From the NCBI GenBank assembly GCA_963721805.1, contig CAVRJY010000001.1, positions 1,440,001 to 1,504,000 of the forward strand: 64,000 nucleotides of DNA. The letters are read 5' to 3'. This stretch comes from Nitrospirota bacterium (GTDB lineage Bacteria; Nitrospirota; Thermodesulfovibrionia; Thermodesulfovibrionales; JdFR-86). Below the pieces are notes generated by a model that ran no database searches, was not told where the DNA came from, and saw only the letters and a program-made list of their open reading frames with translations. Each line of letters opens with the position of its first letter. Positions within the stretch are counted from its first letter, which is position 1. A program made the translations under genes and the position numbers. This document shows, in pieces, positions 19,749 to 31,923 of this stretch.

Positions 19749-19792
19749 GAAGGTTTTGCAGACCTCTCCCTTAGCCACTTGGGTACGCCGCC
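19717..19792 (-). tRNA. tRNA-Cys (GCA)
   Basis: GGCGGCG acceptor stem, anticodon loop CT-GCA-AA, GGTTCAAGTCC T-arm, encoded CCA. Confidence 0.95.
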
Positions 19793-19807
19793 GATCAGAC
19801 TTAAATT

Positions 19808-19882
19808 TGGAGCGGGAGACGGGATTCGAACCCGCGACCCCAACCTTGGCAAGGTTGTGCTCTACCACTGAGCTACTCCCGC
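19808..19882 (-). tRNA. tRNA-Gly (GCC)
   Basis: GCGGGAG acceptor stem, TAGCTCAGTGGTAGAGC, anticodon GCC, GGTTCGAATCCC, CCA. Confidence 0.97.
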
Positions 19883-19968
19883 TTTCACTTCGACTGCACA
19901 GACGGAGTTTTGTCTGGGCACCGCAGCATAGTATATAATACTAAAGAAAGAAGTTTAGGTTTGTCAAC

Positions 19969-21447
19969 ATGCTATACCCGGACATAGAAAGCTTTAGACA
20001 ATACGCCACCGAAGGCAACCTTATCCCCGTATACCGGGAGATACTCGCTGACCTGCACACGCCCGTATCGGCGTTCATCAGGCTCGGGGAGGCCCCCGCG
20101 TTTTTGCTCGAGAGCGTCGAGGGCGGCGAGAAGTGGGCGCGGTATTCGTTCATCGGCCTGCGCCCCTCGAAGGTCATCAAGGGCCGCGGCCGCACGCTCG
20201 AAATCCAGACCGCAGAAGGTGTTGAGGGCATCGAGACCGATAACCCGTTTGAGTACCTGAAGGCTATGATGGCCAAGTATAAGGCGATTCACCTGCCCGG
20301 CCTGCCGCGCTTCTGCGGCGGCCTCGTGGGGTATATAGGATACGACACGGTCAGGTTCGTCGAGGACATCCCGGACACTAACCCCGACCTGCTCGGCATG
20401 CCTGACATATTTCTCATGCTCACCGATACGATGCTGATATTCGACAACCTCCGCCAGAAGATCGCGGTGCTCTCCGCCGTGCACACCGACGGCACTGACG
20501 TCGACGCGGCTTATAATGACGCGGTCGATAAGATCGACGGCGTGATCAGCATGCTCATGGAGCCGGCCGAGCTGCCGATAGGCTCCGGTCCGACAGAGGC
20601 CACGCCTCCTGAGTTCGTCTCGACTTTCGGGCCAGCCGAGGCATTTGAGTCCGCGGTGGTCAAGGCCAAGGAATACATTAAGGCCGGGGATATCTTCCAG
20701 ATCGTTCTCTCGCAGCGGTTTGAGAGGCCGACGACCGCGCATCCGATCAACGTATACCGCGCGCTGCGCACGATCAACCCCTCCCCTTACATGTACTACC
20801 TCCACACCGGCGAGGGCGATGTCATAGGCTCTTCGCCCGAGATACTGGTCAGGCTCGAAGACGGCAAGGTGATTCTGAGGCCGATCGCGGGCACCAGACG
20901 GCGCGGTGCGACCGAGGCCGAGGACAGTGCTCTGGCCGCGGAGATGGAGGCAGATCCCAAGGAGTGCGCCGAGCATATCATGCTCGTGGACCTCGGCAGA
21001 AACGACGTGGGGCGCGTATCAAGCATGGGCAGCGTCAAGGTCACTGACATGATGAGAGTGGAGCGTTACAGCCACGTGATGCACATGGTCTCTGACGTCG
21101 AGGGCGACCTCCGCGAGGGGCTCGACGCTTTTGACGTGCTTCAGGCCTGCTTCCCGGCCGGGACGGTATCGGGCGCTCCAAAGGTGCGCGCGATGCAGAT
21201 CATAGAGGAGCTCGAGACCGTGCGGCGAGGGCCGTATGCCGGGGCGGTCGGGTATTTCAGCTACTCCGGCAACATGGACATGTGCATAACGATCCGCACG
21301 CTTTTGTATAAGGACGGGAAGATCTCGGTGCAGGCCGGGGCCGGGCTGGTCGCGGACTCCGTGCCGAGCCTTGAGTACAAAGAGACCGTCAATAAGGCCA
21401 CCGGCATGATGCGCGCGGTCGACATGGCCGAGCGCGAGCTGGGCTAA
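19969..21447 (+). CDS. trpE: Anthranilate synthase component I
   Basis: [54 protein letters not shown]. Confidence 0.95.
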   Translation: MLYPDIESFRQYATEGNLIPVYREILADLHTPVSAFIRLGEAPAFLLESVEGGEKWARYSFIGLRPSKVIKGRGRTLEIQTAEGVEGIETDNPFEYLKAMMAKYKAIHLPGLPRFCGGLVGYIGYDTVRFVEDIPDTNPDLLGMPDIFLMLTDTMLIFDNLRQKIAVLSAVHTDGTDVDAAYNDAVDKIDGVISMLMEPAELPIGSGPTEATPPEFVSTFGPAEAFESAVVKAKEYIKAGDIFQIVLSQRFERPTTAHPINVYRALRTINPSPYMYYLHTGEGDVIGSSPEILVRLEDGKVILRPIAGTRRRGATEAEDSALAAEMEADPKECAEHIMLVDLGRNDVGRVSSMGSVKVTDMMRVERYSHVMHMVSDVEGDLREGLDAFDVLQACFPAGTVSGAPKVRAMQIIEELETVRRGPYAGAVGYFSYSGNMDMCITIRTLLYKDGKISVQAGAGLVADSVPSLEYKETVNKATGMMRAVDMAERELG

Positions 21448-21458
21448 AGGATAAACAC

Positions 21459-22037
21459 ATGCTACTGATGATCGACAACTACGACTCCTTCACATACAAC
21501 CTCGTCCAGTACCTGGGCGAACTGGGGCAGGACGTGCGCGTATACCGCAACGACAAGATCACGCTCGACGAGATCGCCTCGCTCGCCCCGGAGGAGATCG
21601 TGATATCCCCCGGCCCATGCACTCCCAACGAGGCCGGGATCTCGATGGACGTAATCCGCCGGTTCAGCGGCAGGATACCGATACTGGGCGTATGCCTCGG
21701 CCACCAGTCCATAGGCGCTGTCTTCGGCGGCGAGGTCATCCGCGCCCCGAGGCTGATGCACGGCAAGACCTCGCCCATCCACCACGACGGAAAGACAATC
21801 TTCGAGGGGCTCCCAAACCCGTTTATAGCCACGCGTTACCACTCTCTGATAGTCAGGCGGGAGAACCTGCCCGACTGCCTCGAGATCAGCGCATGGACCG
21901 AGGAGGGCGAGATCATGGGCCTAAGGCATAGAGATATGCTTGTCGAGGGCGTGCAGTTTCACCCAGAATCTATACTCACCTCCGACGGCAAGCGCCTGCT
22001 CGGTAATTTCCTCAGGCTTGCGAAGGCCAAGCGTTGA
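21459..22037 (+). CDS. trpG: Anthranilate synthase component II (glutamine amidotransferase)
   Basis: [35 protein letters not shown]. Confidence 0.93.
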   Translation: MLLMIDNYDSFTYNLVQYLGELGQDVRVYRNDKITLDEIASLAPEEIVISPGPCTPNEAGISMDVIRRFSGRIPILGVCLGHQSIGAVFGGEVIRAPRLMHGKTSPIHHDGKTIFEGLPNPFIATRYHSLIVRRENLPDCLEISAWTEEGEIMGLRHRDMLVEGVQFHPESILTSDGKRLLGNFLRLAKAKR

Positions 22038-23045
22038 TACACGAGGCGCTCAAGATGGTCGTAGGCGGGATGGACCTCTCGGAGGCCGAGATGTCCGGCT
22101 GCATGTCCGAGATCATGGAAGGCCGCGCCTCGGACCTGCATATGGCGGCGTTTCTCACGGCCCTTCGGATGAAGGGCGAGACGGTCGACGAGATCACCGG
22201 CGCGGCGCGCATCATGCGTGAGAAGGCCGCGCGCATTAAATCGCCCGAGGGCACCTTAGACACATGCGGCACGGGCGGCGACATGGCCGGTACCTTCAAC
22301 ATATCCACTACCGCTGCGCTCGTCGTCGCGGCATGCGGCGTGCCGGTCGCCAAGCACGGCAACCGTTCGGTATCGAGCAGGTCAGGCAGCGCGGACGTGC
22401 TCGAGGCTCTCGGGGTGAAGATAGACCTTACGCCCGATAAGGTCGAGCGGTCGCTGTTCGAAACCGGCTTCGGGTTTCTGTTCGCCCCGCTCTTTCACCC
22501 GGCGATGAAATACGCCATCGGCGCGCGCAAGGAGCTCGGGTTCAGGACGATATTCAATATCTTGGGGCCGATCACCAACCCGGCGGGCGCGAAGCGCCAG
22601 TTGCTGGGCGTCTTCGCGGACGGCCTGACCGAGACGATATGCCGCGTGCTCGGCAACCTCGGGGCAGAGGACGCGATGGTCGTCCACGGCGAGGATGGGT
22701 TAGACGAGATCACTATCACGGACTCCACGCGCGTCTCGCGCCTGGTCAATGGCAAGGTCGAAAATTCGCTCATCTCGCCCGAGGACTTCGGGATGAACCG
22801 CGCCCCGATCAAGCGAGATCGCCGGAGAGGGCAAGGAACGAAACGCCGAGATCGCGTTAGAGGTATTAAGTGGCGTCAAGGGACCGAGGCGCGACATAGT
22901 CGTGATGAACACCGCGGCCGCGCTCGTGGTCGCGGGACTGACGCCCTACCTCGCCGATGCCGCAACGATGGCCGCCGAGGCGATAGACAGTGGCCGCGCT
23001 TCGGCCAAGCTCGAAGAAATCAGAAAATTCACGAATTCCTTTTAA
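22034..23045 (+). CDS. trpD: Anthranilate phosphoribosyltransferase; frameshift near 22811
   Basis: [30 protein letters not shown]; after a +1 shift continues GEGKERNA...[11 protein letters not shown]...AIDSG to TAA at 23043-23045. Confidence 0.92.
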
Positions 23046-23692
23046 TGCACCTGCTTAGCAATTTCGTAGACATCTTCCTGCACCTCGACGTGCACTTAAG
23101 CGCGGTGATAACGCAGTACGGGATATGGACTTACCTCATATTGTTCGTCATAATATTTTGCGAGACCGGGCTCGTGGTGACGCCGTTTCTGCCGGGCGAC
23201 TCGCTGCTATTCGCTGCCGGGACTTTCGCTGCACTGGGCTCGCTCGACGTATGGATGCTCACGGCCCTGCTCGCGGCCTCGGCGATACTCGGAAACATGA
23301 CGAACTACCAGATCGGCCGCATCATCGGCCCGAAGGCCCTTTGCAGGCCCAATTCGCGCATCTTCCGGCGGGAATACCTCCAGAAGACCGAGCTGTACTT
23401 CGAGCGGTACGGGGCGATGACGATCGCGCTGAGCCGCTTCGCGCCGATAGTGCGCACGTTCGCGCCTTTCATGGCAGGGGTCGGGCGGATGCGGTACATG
23501 AAGTTCGCGGCCTACAACTTCGCGGGCGGGCTCTCGTGGGTATTGCTTTTCATCTTTGGGGGGTATTTCTTCGGCAACATCCCGTTCGTGCGGAAGAACT
23601 TCACGCTGGTCATTATGGCCATCGTCCTCGTCTCGATCCTGCCGACGGTGATCGAGGTCGTCAGACACCGCCGTACCGGGCAACAGTCTTAA
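23045..23692 (+). CDS. DedA family membrane protein
   Basis: IIFCETGLVVTPFLPGDSLLFAAG, RFAPIVRTFAPF; ATG overlaps the trpD stop. Confidence 0.92.
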   Translation: MHLLSNFVDIFLHLDVHLSAVITQYGIWTYLILFVIIFCETGLVVTPFLPGDSLLFAAGTFAALGSLDVWMLTALLAASAILGNMTNYQIGRIIGPKALCRPNSRIFRREYLQKTELYFERYGAMTIALSRFAPIVRTFAPFMAGVGRMRYMKFAAYNFAGGLSWVLLFIFGGYFFGNIPFVRKNFTLVIMAIVLVSILPTVIEVVRHRRTGQQS

Positions 23693-23699
23693 TCCGATT

Positions 23700-25487
23700 C
23701 TAATTACGCGTCTTGGCCGTGGCTGTGTTCGAGAAGTCCGAGAGCCCGTAGGTCGGGCTGTAGGCCGCCATCCTGAAGTAGTACCTCTTATGCCTCTTAA
23801 GATGGATCGCGGATACGGACGTAGAGCTGCCGTCCAGCAGCCCGAGGTACTTAAACGTGACGCCGTTTGTGCTGTACTCGAAATAATACTCAAGGTCGCT
23901 GACGCCGCTGTTGTACCCATTGGCCGACCAGTTTAGTAGTATCTTCGAGGACGAGACCGTGGCAGCGGTCAGCGGGCCGGGCGCATACGGCGCGACCTCA
24001 TAAGAAGCGGTCATCCAGTCCGAATCCCCCACGCCACTTGTGGCCCGCGACTCGACGTTCAAGGTCGAGCCCACGGCCGGGACGTTGGCCAGGCTGAAGG
24101 TCGCAGAGTTCACGACCCCTAAGCCCTGCGTGGTCCAGTCCAGCGTGTCAGGGTCCTGTATATGCACGGTATACGAGGTCGCGGTCGTAGAGTTTCGGAC
24201 CCAGTTGACGGTCAAGGTTGAGCCATCCCCGCTTACGTGCCCGGTCATGTTCGACGGCGGAAGCGGGCTGTAATCGGCGGCGTTCAGGACGAGCGAGTTA
24301 TAGACGTTCAGGCGGCCCCCGCTTACGGTGCTGCCGGCCAGCACCGGATCGACGCCCAGCAGCAGGGCCTCGCGGGCCTGCTTGTAGTCGTACTCCGGGT
24401 GTTTGGCCTCGATCAGGGCGAGCGCGCCGGCCGAGATCGGGGACGAGAACGAGGTCCCGTCCATGTAGACATACTGGCTGTTGAAATACGTGCTCAGGAT
24501 GTCGACGCCGGGCGCACCGAGGTGCACGGTGCCGTGGCCGTAGTTGGTAAACCATGCAAGGCCGTCGGTCTGGTCCGTCGCCCCGGCCGAGATGACGTTG
24601 TCGAGGTCGTGCGAGGCCGGATACGTCGGGGTCTCGTCGTTGTCGCAGCCGAAGTTTCCGGCGGCCGCGACGAGGAGCACGCCATGCTCGCCCGCGTATT
24701 GGATCGCGTCGCGTTCGGCCTCCGAGGGCTCGACGACATAACAGCCTGACGGGTATGCGTAGCTCGCGTTAAGGACGCGCGCGCCGTGGTCCACGGCGTA
24801 CCGGATGGCGCGGGCTGCGGTGGCGATGTCGCCCGAGCCGGTGCTGTCGAGGACCTTGACCGACATTATCCGCACGCTGTTGGCGATGCCCGCGACCCCG
24901 ATAGCGTTATTGCCCACCGCCCCGATGACGCCGGCGACGAACGTGCCATGGCCGTTGTTGTCCTCCGGGGGCTTGTCAGTGTTGACGAAGTTCTTTCCAT
25001 GCTTGCCCCTCTTGTTGGTCCACATGTCTGCCTTGAGATCCGGGTGATTGGACTGCACCCCGGTGTCAAGCACCGCCACCACTATGCCCGTCGCGCTGGG
25101 CTGGACCTCCCAGGCCGCCGTGGCGTTAACCATCGGAAGGCTCCACTGGGAGGAGTAGTACGAGTCGTTGGGGGGCGTGCCCACGGCATGGATGATGTAG
25201 TTCGGCTCTGCATACTGCACGTTGGGGTCGGCCCTGAAGCTCGCCACCGCGTCCTCGACGCTCATGCCCGCCGAGAGTCTGACGCGGTGGGTGCGCTTGT
25301 GCCCAATCCGTTCGGAGGATATCCCGCCGTGCGCGCGCATGTCCGTTAGGCTGACAGTATCCGGTACATTGTTTTTGTACTTGACTATGACCTCGCCCGC
25401 GACGTAAGGGGCATACAGGGCCGCGCAGAGCGCCGACGCCCAGCCCATCACGAGCACCAGGGCCAATATCCGGATTGTCGTTTTCAT
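23700..25487 (-). CDS. Secreted S8 (subtilisin-like) serine protease with FN3-like C-terminal domains
   Basis: Signal and propeptide (YAEPNY); VAVLDTG, HGTFVAG, AAAGN, GTSFSSP triad motifs. Confidence 0.9.
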   Translation of the reverse strand: MKTTIRILALVLVMGWASALCAALYAPYVAGEVIVKYKNNVPDTVSLTDMRAHGGISSERIGHKRTHRVRLSAGMSVEDAVASFRADPNVQYAEPNYIIHAVGTPPNDSYYSSQWSLPMVNATAAWEVQPSATGIVVAVLDTGVQSNHPDLKADMWTNKRGKHGKNFVNTDKPPEDNNGHGTFVAGVIGAVGNNAIGVAGIANSVRIMSVKVLDSTGSGDIATAARAIRYAVDHGARVLNASYAYPSGCYVVEPSEAERDAIQYAGEHGVLLVAAAGNFGCDNDETPTYPASHDLDNVISAGATDQTDGLAWFTNYGHGTVHLGAPGVDILSTYFNSQYVYMDGTSFSSPISAGALALIEAKHPEYDYKQAREALLLGVDPVLAGSTVSGGRLNVYNSLVLNAADYSPLPPSNMTGHVSGDGSTLTVNWVRNSTTATSYTVHIQDPDTLDWTTQGLGVVNSATFSLANVPAVGSTLNVESRATSGVGDSDWMTASYEVAPYAPGPLTAATVSSSKILLNWSANGYNSGVSDLEYYFEYSTNGVTFKYLGLLDGSSTSVSAIHLKRHKRYYFRMAAYSPTYGLSDFSNTATAKTRN

Positions 25488-25527
25488 GGCCTACATTTTA
25501 TCAGAATCGGCGCAGCTTTGCCGGGGC

Positions 25528-26361
25528 CTATTGCCGCTTATAGAACATGCCGCCGCCGAGGATCTCGAGCATCTCTTCAGTGACCTCCTCCTGCCGGACG
25601 TAGTTCTGCGCGGACTCGAGCGCCGAGATATGCTTTTCTAAGTTTTTCGACGCGCCCTCCATGCTCCTGAGGCGGTACCAGTTCTCGCTGCGCAGGGACT
25701 CGGCGCAGCACCTGTATAGGCTGATGTACAGAAACTCATCGAGCAGTCCCTCAAAGACCGCCTGCGGCGCGAGGTACATAAGCGGCGGGAATCCGGGGGA
25801 GGCCGCCGCGGCCTCGGGCGGCAGCACGCGCTCGACCGAGAGGCCGGCCTGGTTGTCCGCCACCGAGGTAAAGACCATCGCCAGGCTGTCGTATTCGCTC
25901 GCCCCGTAGATCCCGGTTATATTGGAGGCCAGGGTCCTGAGCATATCGTGGATGCCCTCGACGCTCACGGCCGATTCCATGAACCCACCGTACCGGATTC
26001 CAGCGCCTTCGAGGACGCCCCTTAGCCTGCCGCCCACGACGAAGAGCGTATCGCTCGCGGTGACGGCATCGCGCACGGCCTCGGCGGCCTTCTCGTTAAA
26101 CGCCCCGCAAAGCCCCTGCGTCGAGCCGAACGCAACCAGGAGCCGTCTGCCGCCGCCTTTGCTTTCCCTGGGTGAGGGCGGGACATGCGCCGTCAGGTCG
26201 CGGATCGCACCAAGCAATTCCCGCTCGTACTCGCGCGAGGTCAGCACGGATTGCTCTGTCTTCCTTAGCGCCACGCCGGCATATGCCTTCATCGCGCCCA
26301 CGATGTCCTGCATCGCGCGAAACGTGCCTATCTGCTTGCCTATGTCCGCGGCGCTGGCCAC
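25528..26361 (-). CDS. atpG: N-type F-ATPase gamma subunit
   Basis: IVGAMK, GLCGAFN, SENxxRLRSMEGA, RQEEVTEEMLEI. Confidence 0.9.
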   Translation of the reverse strand: MASAADIGKQIGTFRAMQDIVGAMKAYAGVALRKTEQSVLTSREYERELLGAIRDLTAHVPPSPRESKGGGRRLLVAFGSTQGLCGAFNEKAAEAVRDAVTASDTLFVVGGRLRGVLEGAGIRYGGFMESAVSVEGIHDMLRTLASNITGIYGASEYDSLAMVFTSVADNQAGLSVERVLPPEAAAASPGFPPLMYLAPQAVFEGLLDEFLYISLYRCCAESLRSENWYRLRSMEGASKNLEKHISALESAQNYVRQEEVTEEMLEILGGGMFYKRQ

Positions 26362-26364
26362 GCC

Positions 26365-27861
26365 TCAGCCCCCCGGTCTCGCGATCAGCCCGCCAAGCCT
26401 CGCGGTGTCCTTCTCGGTAAGGGTGGCTCCGTTTCTGAGCCGCTGCATGGCCTCGGGCATCTCGGACTTTACGAGATCGAGCATCTCGCGGCAGGTCTTG
26501 TCCACCGCCGCAAGCTCGATCCCGTCGAGCGCCCCGGTGCCGAGTATCGTCATGCGCATGATCTGGTCCTCCACGGGCAGGGGGTGCAAGGGCGGCTGCT
26601 TCAGGAGTTCGCGCATGCGCTCGCCGCGGCGGATGAGCTTCGCGGTCTCTTCCTCCACGCGGGCCCCGAACTTCGTGAATACCTCGACCTCCATGAAGCG
26701 CGAGTAGTCGATCTTGAACCCCGCGGCCACCTTCTTCATAGCCTCGGACTGGGCCTTGCCCCCTATCCTCGAGACCGACCTCGCCACGTCCACCGCGGGG
26801 CGGAGCCCCTTGTTAAACAGGCTCGTATCGAGGTATATCTGGCCATCGGTTATGGATATCAGGTTCGTCGGGATATAGGCCGATATCCTGCCCTGCTGCG
26901 TCTCGACTATCGGGAGCGCCGTGATCGAGCCGCCGCCGTACGAGCGGTCGAGCTTCGCCGAGCGCTCCAAAAGCCTCGCGTGCAGAAAGAAGATATCGCC
27001 CGGGTATGCCTCGCGCCCCGGGGGCCTCCTCAGCAGGAGGCTCAGCGAGCGGTACGCCTCGGCGTGCTTCGTCAGGTCGTCATATACGATCAGGACGTCG
27101 CGGCCCCTGTCGAGGAAATACTCAGCTATAGCAGTGGCGCTGTAAGGCGCGATGTACTGGATGCCGACGGAATCCGACGCGCTGGCCGCCACGCACACGG
27201 CGTGCGAGAACTCGCCGTATTTCTTGATCTCCTCTATAGTCTTGAGTATCCGCGAGTTCTTCTGGCCTATGGCCGCGTAGACGCAGATCACGCCCGTGTC
27301 CTTCTGGTTTATGATCGTATCGACCGCTATCGCGGTCTTTCCGGTCGAGGGGTCGCCGAGGATGAGCTCGCGCTGTCCCCGGCCTATCGCGAGCATCGAA
27401 TCTATGGCCGTGATGCCGGTATACAGCGGGGCGTTAACGAAATCCCTCTGGATCAGCGGAGGCGCGGTACGCTCGACCGGATAGGTGGCTGCGGATTCCG
27501 GCACCGGGCCGCCGTCAAGCGGGTTGCCCATCGGGTCGACGACGCGGCCCAGCAACCCCTCCCCCACTCCAATGGATGCGAGGCGTTCGGTCTTGCTCGC
27601 GCGCATGCCCGCCCTGACGTCGAGACACGGCGTGAGCAGCACGATGCCGATGCTGTCGGCCGAGATATCGAGCACTATGCCCTGGTCGCAGCCCTCAAGC
27701 TGTATGAGTTCGTACAGCTTCGCGTCCCTGAGCCCGGCGATCCGCGCTATCCCGTCCCCGACCGAGAGCACCCGCCCTTCCTGCGATACCCTGAGCGAGA
27801 GCCCGCTCTGCCTTACGGTCTCGTTGATCTGCTGGAACACCCCGGCGAGCGCGGCCTCCAT
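26365..27861 (-). CDS. atpA: N-type F-ATPase alpha subunit
   Basis: GDGIA, GRGQRELILGD, GKT, RRPPGREAYPGD, ITDGQIYL. Confidence 0.95.
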   Translation of the reverse strand: MEAALAGVFQQINETVRQSGLSLRVSQEGRVLSVGDGIARIAGLRDAKLYELIQLEGCDQGIVLDISADSIGIVLLTPCLDVRAGMRASKTERLASIGVGEGLLGRVVDPMGNPLDGGPVPESAATYPVERTAPPLIQRDFVNAPLYTGITAIDSMLAIGRGQRELILGDPSTGKTAIAVDTIINQKDTGVICVYAAIGQKNSRILKTIEEIKKYGEFSHAVCVAASASDSVGIQYIAPYSATAIAEYFLDRGRDVLIVYDDLTKHAEAYRSLSLLLRRPPGREAYPGDIFFLHARLLERSAKLDRSYGGGSITALPIVETQQGRISAYIPTNLISITDGQIYLDTSLFNKGLRPAVDVARSVSRIGGKAQSEAMKKVAAGFKIDYSRFMEVEVFTKFGARVEEETAKLIRRGERMRELLKQPPLHPLPVEDQIMRMTILGTGALDGIELAAVDKTCREMLDLVKSEMPEAMQRLRNGATLTEKDTARLGGLIARPGG

Positions 27862-27862
27862 A

Positions 27863-28603
27863 TCAGACTACCTTCTCCCGAAGCCCCATGCTCAAGGCCT
27901 TAAGCTGTCCGGCCAAAGACATGTCGAACACGAGGTCGTTAGCCCTCACCACCACGCCTGCTATCAGTTCAGGCTCGACGGTCACGTCCATAGAGGCCGA
28001 CGGCATCGGCGCGATTGCCGACCTCAGCCCATCGGCCAATGCCTGCGCCATGGGGAATGCGCTTGCGAGTTGCACCTGCACGGGGCTGCCGTCCTTCGGG
28101 GCGGCCCCGCTTATCTCGGCCGATATCCGGCCCGCCTCGGCCATTAACCTGCGGACGAGGGCGGCATGCAGTTCCGCGTCCGCGGCGTCCTTCAGGAGCA
28201 GCCCGGCGTATGACGCTACGGCCTCGATGGCCATGCCCTTGACTGCCTCCCCGGCCTTCGCCCTTTCGGCCTCAAGGAGCGCCTTCTCCTTTTCAGCGAC
28301 CTTTCGGGCCTCGGCCTCGGCCTCGGAGATGAGGCGCGCCTTCTCGGCGGCGGCCTGGTCCTTCGCCTCGTCCATCATGCGCGCGCTCGATGCCCGGAGT
28401 TCGCCCAACTCCTTCGTGCGCGCGTCTTTAAGGGCCTCGGCCTCGCGCTTCGTCCTCTCGGCATCCTCCATCAGCGCCGCGGAAGCGGCCCTGCGCTTTT
28501 CCATTATCTCGCGGACCGGTTTGAAGAGCACGCGCCTGAGGATAAGCACCAGTACGGTGAAGTTGATTATCTGAAACGCGAATGTCCAGAAATCGAACTT
28601 CAT
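27863..28603 (-). CDS. atpF: N-type ATPase b subunit with delta-like extension
   Basis: WTFAFQIINF TM helix, coiled coil, PELIAGV tail; 246 aa. Confidence 0.88.
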   Translation of the reverse strand: MKFDFWTFAFQIINFTVLVLILRRVLFKPVREIMEKRRAASAALMEDAERTKREAEALKDARTKELGELRASSARMMDEAKDQAAAEKARLISEAEAEARKVAEKEKALLEAERAKAGEAVKGMAIEAVASYAGLLLKDAADAELHAALVRRLMAEAGRISAEISGAAPKDGSPVQVQLASAFPMAQALADGLRSAIAPMPSASMDVTVEPELIAGVVVRANDLVFDMSLAGQLKALSMGLREKVV

Positions 28604-28866
28604 TTTGCGAGCTGTCCGATCAGCGGATTGGCGAAAAGCACAATCAGCGCGATTACGAACGAATAGATCGCTATAGATTCGATCAGCGCCATCCCGACGA
28701 ACAGCGTCCTCATGATCTGGGCCGAGCTCTCAGGCTGGCGCGCTATCGCCTCTAGGGCCTTGGCGAGCGCCTCCCCGAGCCCCCTCGCCGGGCCGTACCC
28801 GCCGATGGCTATCGCCAGCCCCGCCGCCGCTATCGAGACAGAGACCACTATTGCCATGGAATCCAT
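28600..28866 (-). CDS. atpE: N-type ATPase c subunit
   Basis: IARQPE loop, RTLFVGMALIESIAIY, FANP; GGAGG SD before ATG 28866. Confidence 0.93.
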   Translation of the reverse strand: MDSMAIVVSVSIAAAGLAIAIGGYGPARGLGEALAKALEAIARQPESSAQIMRTLFVGMALIESIAIYSFVIALIVLFANPLIGQLAK

Positions 28867-28882
28867 TATCAAGCGCCTCCTT

Positions 28883-29548
28883 TTATTTTTGATCCCCAAT
28901 GCCGCCCGCGATGAAGACGAGCGTCAGGATACCGAATATATACGCCTGTATCAGGCTGATGATGAAGTGCAACAGGTCAAACGGCACCGGCACCAGAAAC
29001 CCTACGATCCCCAGGAGTATCAGCGCTATCAGCTCTCCGCTGAGCATGTTGCCGAAGAGCCTGACCGCGAGCGCGATAGTGCGCGTGGCCTCTGCAATCA
29101 GATTAAACGGCAGCAGAAACCACGTGGGCTCGGTGTAATGCCTGAGGTATCCCTTGAACCCCCTCGCCCACAGGCCGAAGATGTGAGTCATCGAAAACGA
29201 GAGCACCGCGAACGCGAAGGTGGTGTTCAGGTCCGCGGTCGGGGTCGTAAAGCCCGGCAGCAGCCCTATGAGGTTTGAGGCTCCGATCAGCAGCCAAAGG
29301 GTGCCGATGATCGGCACCACCGGGGCCGACAGCGCGGGGAGGATGTCCTTCACCGTATTGTCGACGGCCTCATACGACGCCTCGAGGACCTCCTGCATGA
29401 CCGTTGGCCTCGTCGAGAGACGCCGGGTCAGGACGTATGAGCCCGCGGTGAGCGCGAGCATCACGACCCATGTCGTGATCACCGAGCCGGTGATGTCGAC
29501 CGGGCCCAGGGTGATTACCGCCTGAGGGAATATCTCGGGGGGCTTCAT
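28883..29548 (-). CDS. atpB: N-type ATPase a subunit
   Basis: PTADLNTT, LAVRLFGNM (essential Arg), IQAYIFxILT. Confidence 0.93.
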   Translation of the reverse strand: MKPPEIFPQAVITLGPVDITGSVITTWVVMLALTAGSYVLTRRLSTRPTVMQEVLEASYEAVDNTVKDILPALSAPVVPIIGTLWLLIGASNLIGLLPGFTTPTADLNTTFAFAVLSFSMTHIFGLWARGFKGYLRHYTEPTWFLLPFNLIAEATRTIALAVRLFGNMLSGELIALILLGIVGFLVPVPFDLLHFIISLIQAYIFGILTLVFIAGGIGDQK

Positions 29549-29822
29549 TTCGTCCTCCTCATCAGGAAAAACCAGACGTTATAGATCCCGGCAGCGATGC
29601 CCAGTATTATCAGCGTCAGGGTCCACGAGATATGCCCTCCCGCTGCAATGGTACGGTCGAGATATTTGCCGAGATATGCCCCTGCGACCACCGGGATGAC
29701 GAAGAGCCATCCGCCCGCGCCTATGACCGAGGCGTAATTCCAGAACGTCCGGCGCTCGTCCTTCCACCTCCGGAGGCCCCTTGCCGACCGCTCTATCTCC
29801 TTTAAGAATCCCTCGTCCTTCT

Positions 29823-29826
<4 letters not shown>
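29545..29826 (-). CDS. AtpQ/AtpZ-like ATPase gene-1 membrane protein
   Basis: GWLFVIPVVAGAYLGKYLD, WTLTL; lies between epsilon and a as in N-ATPase operons. Confidence 0.82.
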
Positions 29827-31612
<1,786 letters not shown>

Positions 31613-31699
31613 CTACCCATGAGCAAAGGATATCACCTATGAATGTGCGGCGCAATAAACATCGGTATACAGGCCGCCACTAATGCGATATAATCGGGC

Positions 31700-31819
31700 A
31701 TGGAGCATGAAACACTAAGCAGGCGCATAAGTTTCCTGAGGCCGCTTTGGTGGCTCATTCACCTGATCGCTATCGGCACGGCCTATACCCTCGGGCACCT
31801 GAGCCGGGGATTGTTCTGA
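31700..31819 (+). CDS. Putative 39-aa single-TM micropeptide
   Basis: MEHETLSRRISFLRPLWWLIHLIAIGTAYTLGHLSRGLF*; TATAAT 5 nt upstream; TGATG coupling to the next ORF; paralog adjacent. Confidence 0.65.
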   Translation: MEHETLSRRISFLRPLWWLIHLIAIGTAYTLGHLSRGLF

Positions 31820-31923
31820 TGCTCGCGCGGTTCATGCGATACAAGCCGCTATGGTGGGTCCTGCATGCGGTCACTATTACGGCGGCCTTCCTGCTGGGGC
31901 GGTTCGTACACTTCGAGTTCTAG
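31819..31923 (+). CDS. Putative 34-aa single-TM micropeptide, paralog of the preceding ORF
   Basis: MLARFMRYKPLWWVLHAVTITAAFLLGRFVHFEF*; shares PLWWxxHxxxIxxAxxLG; stop abuts the next ATG. Confidence 0.65.
   Translation: MLARFMRYKPLWWVLHAVTITAAFLLGRFVHFEF

Noticed and set aside
19749..19868. Extension of the Slt ORF through tRNA-Gly
   Set aside because: Open by chance across tRNA genes, and it would put the signal h-region about 55 residues from the start.
22034..23692. 552-aa TrpD-DedA fusion in the ORF track
   Set aside because: Artefact of one indel near 22811. The true TrpD C-terminus is in another frame and stops at 23045, where DedA starts.
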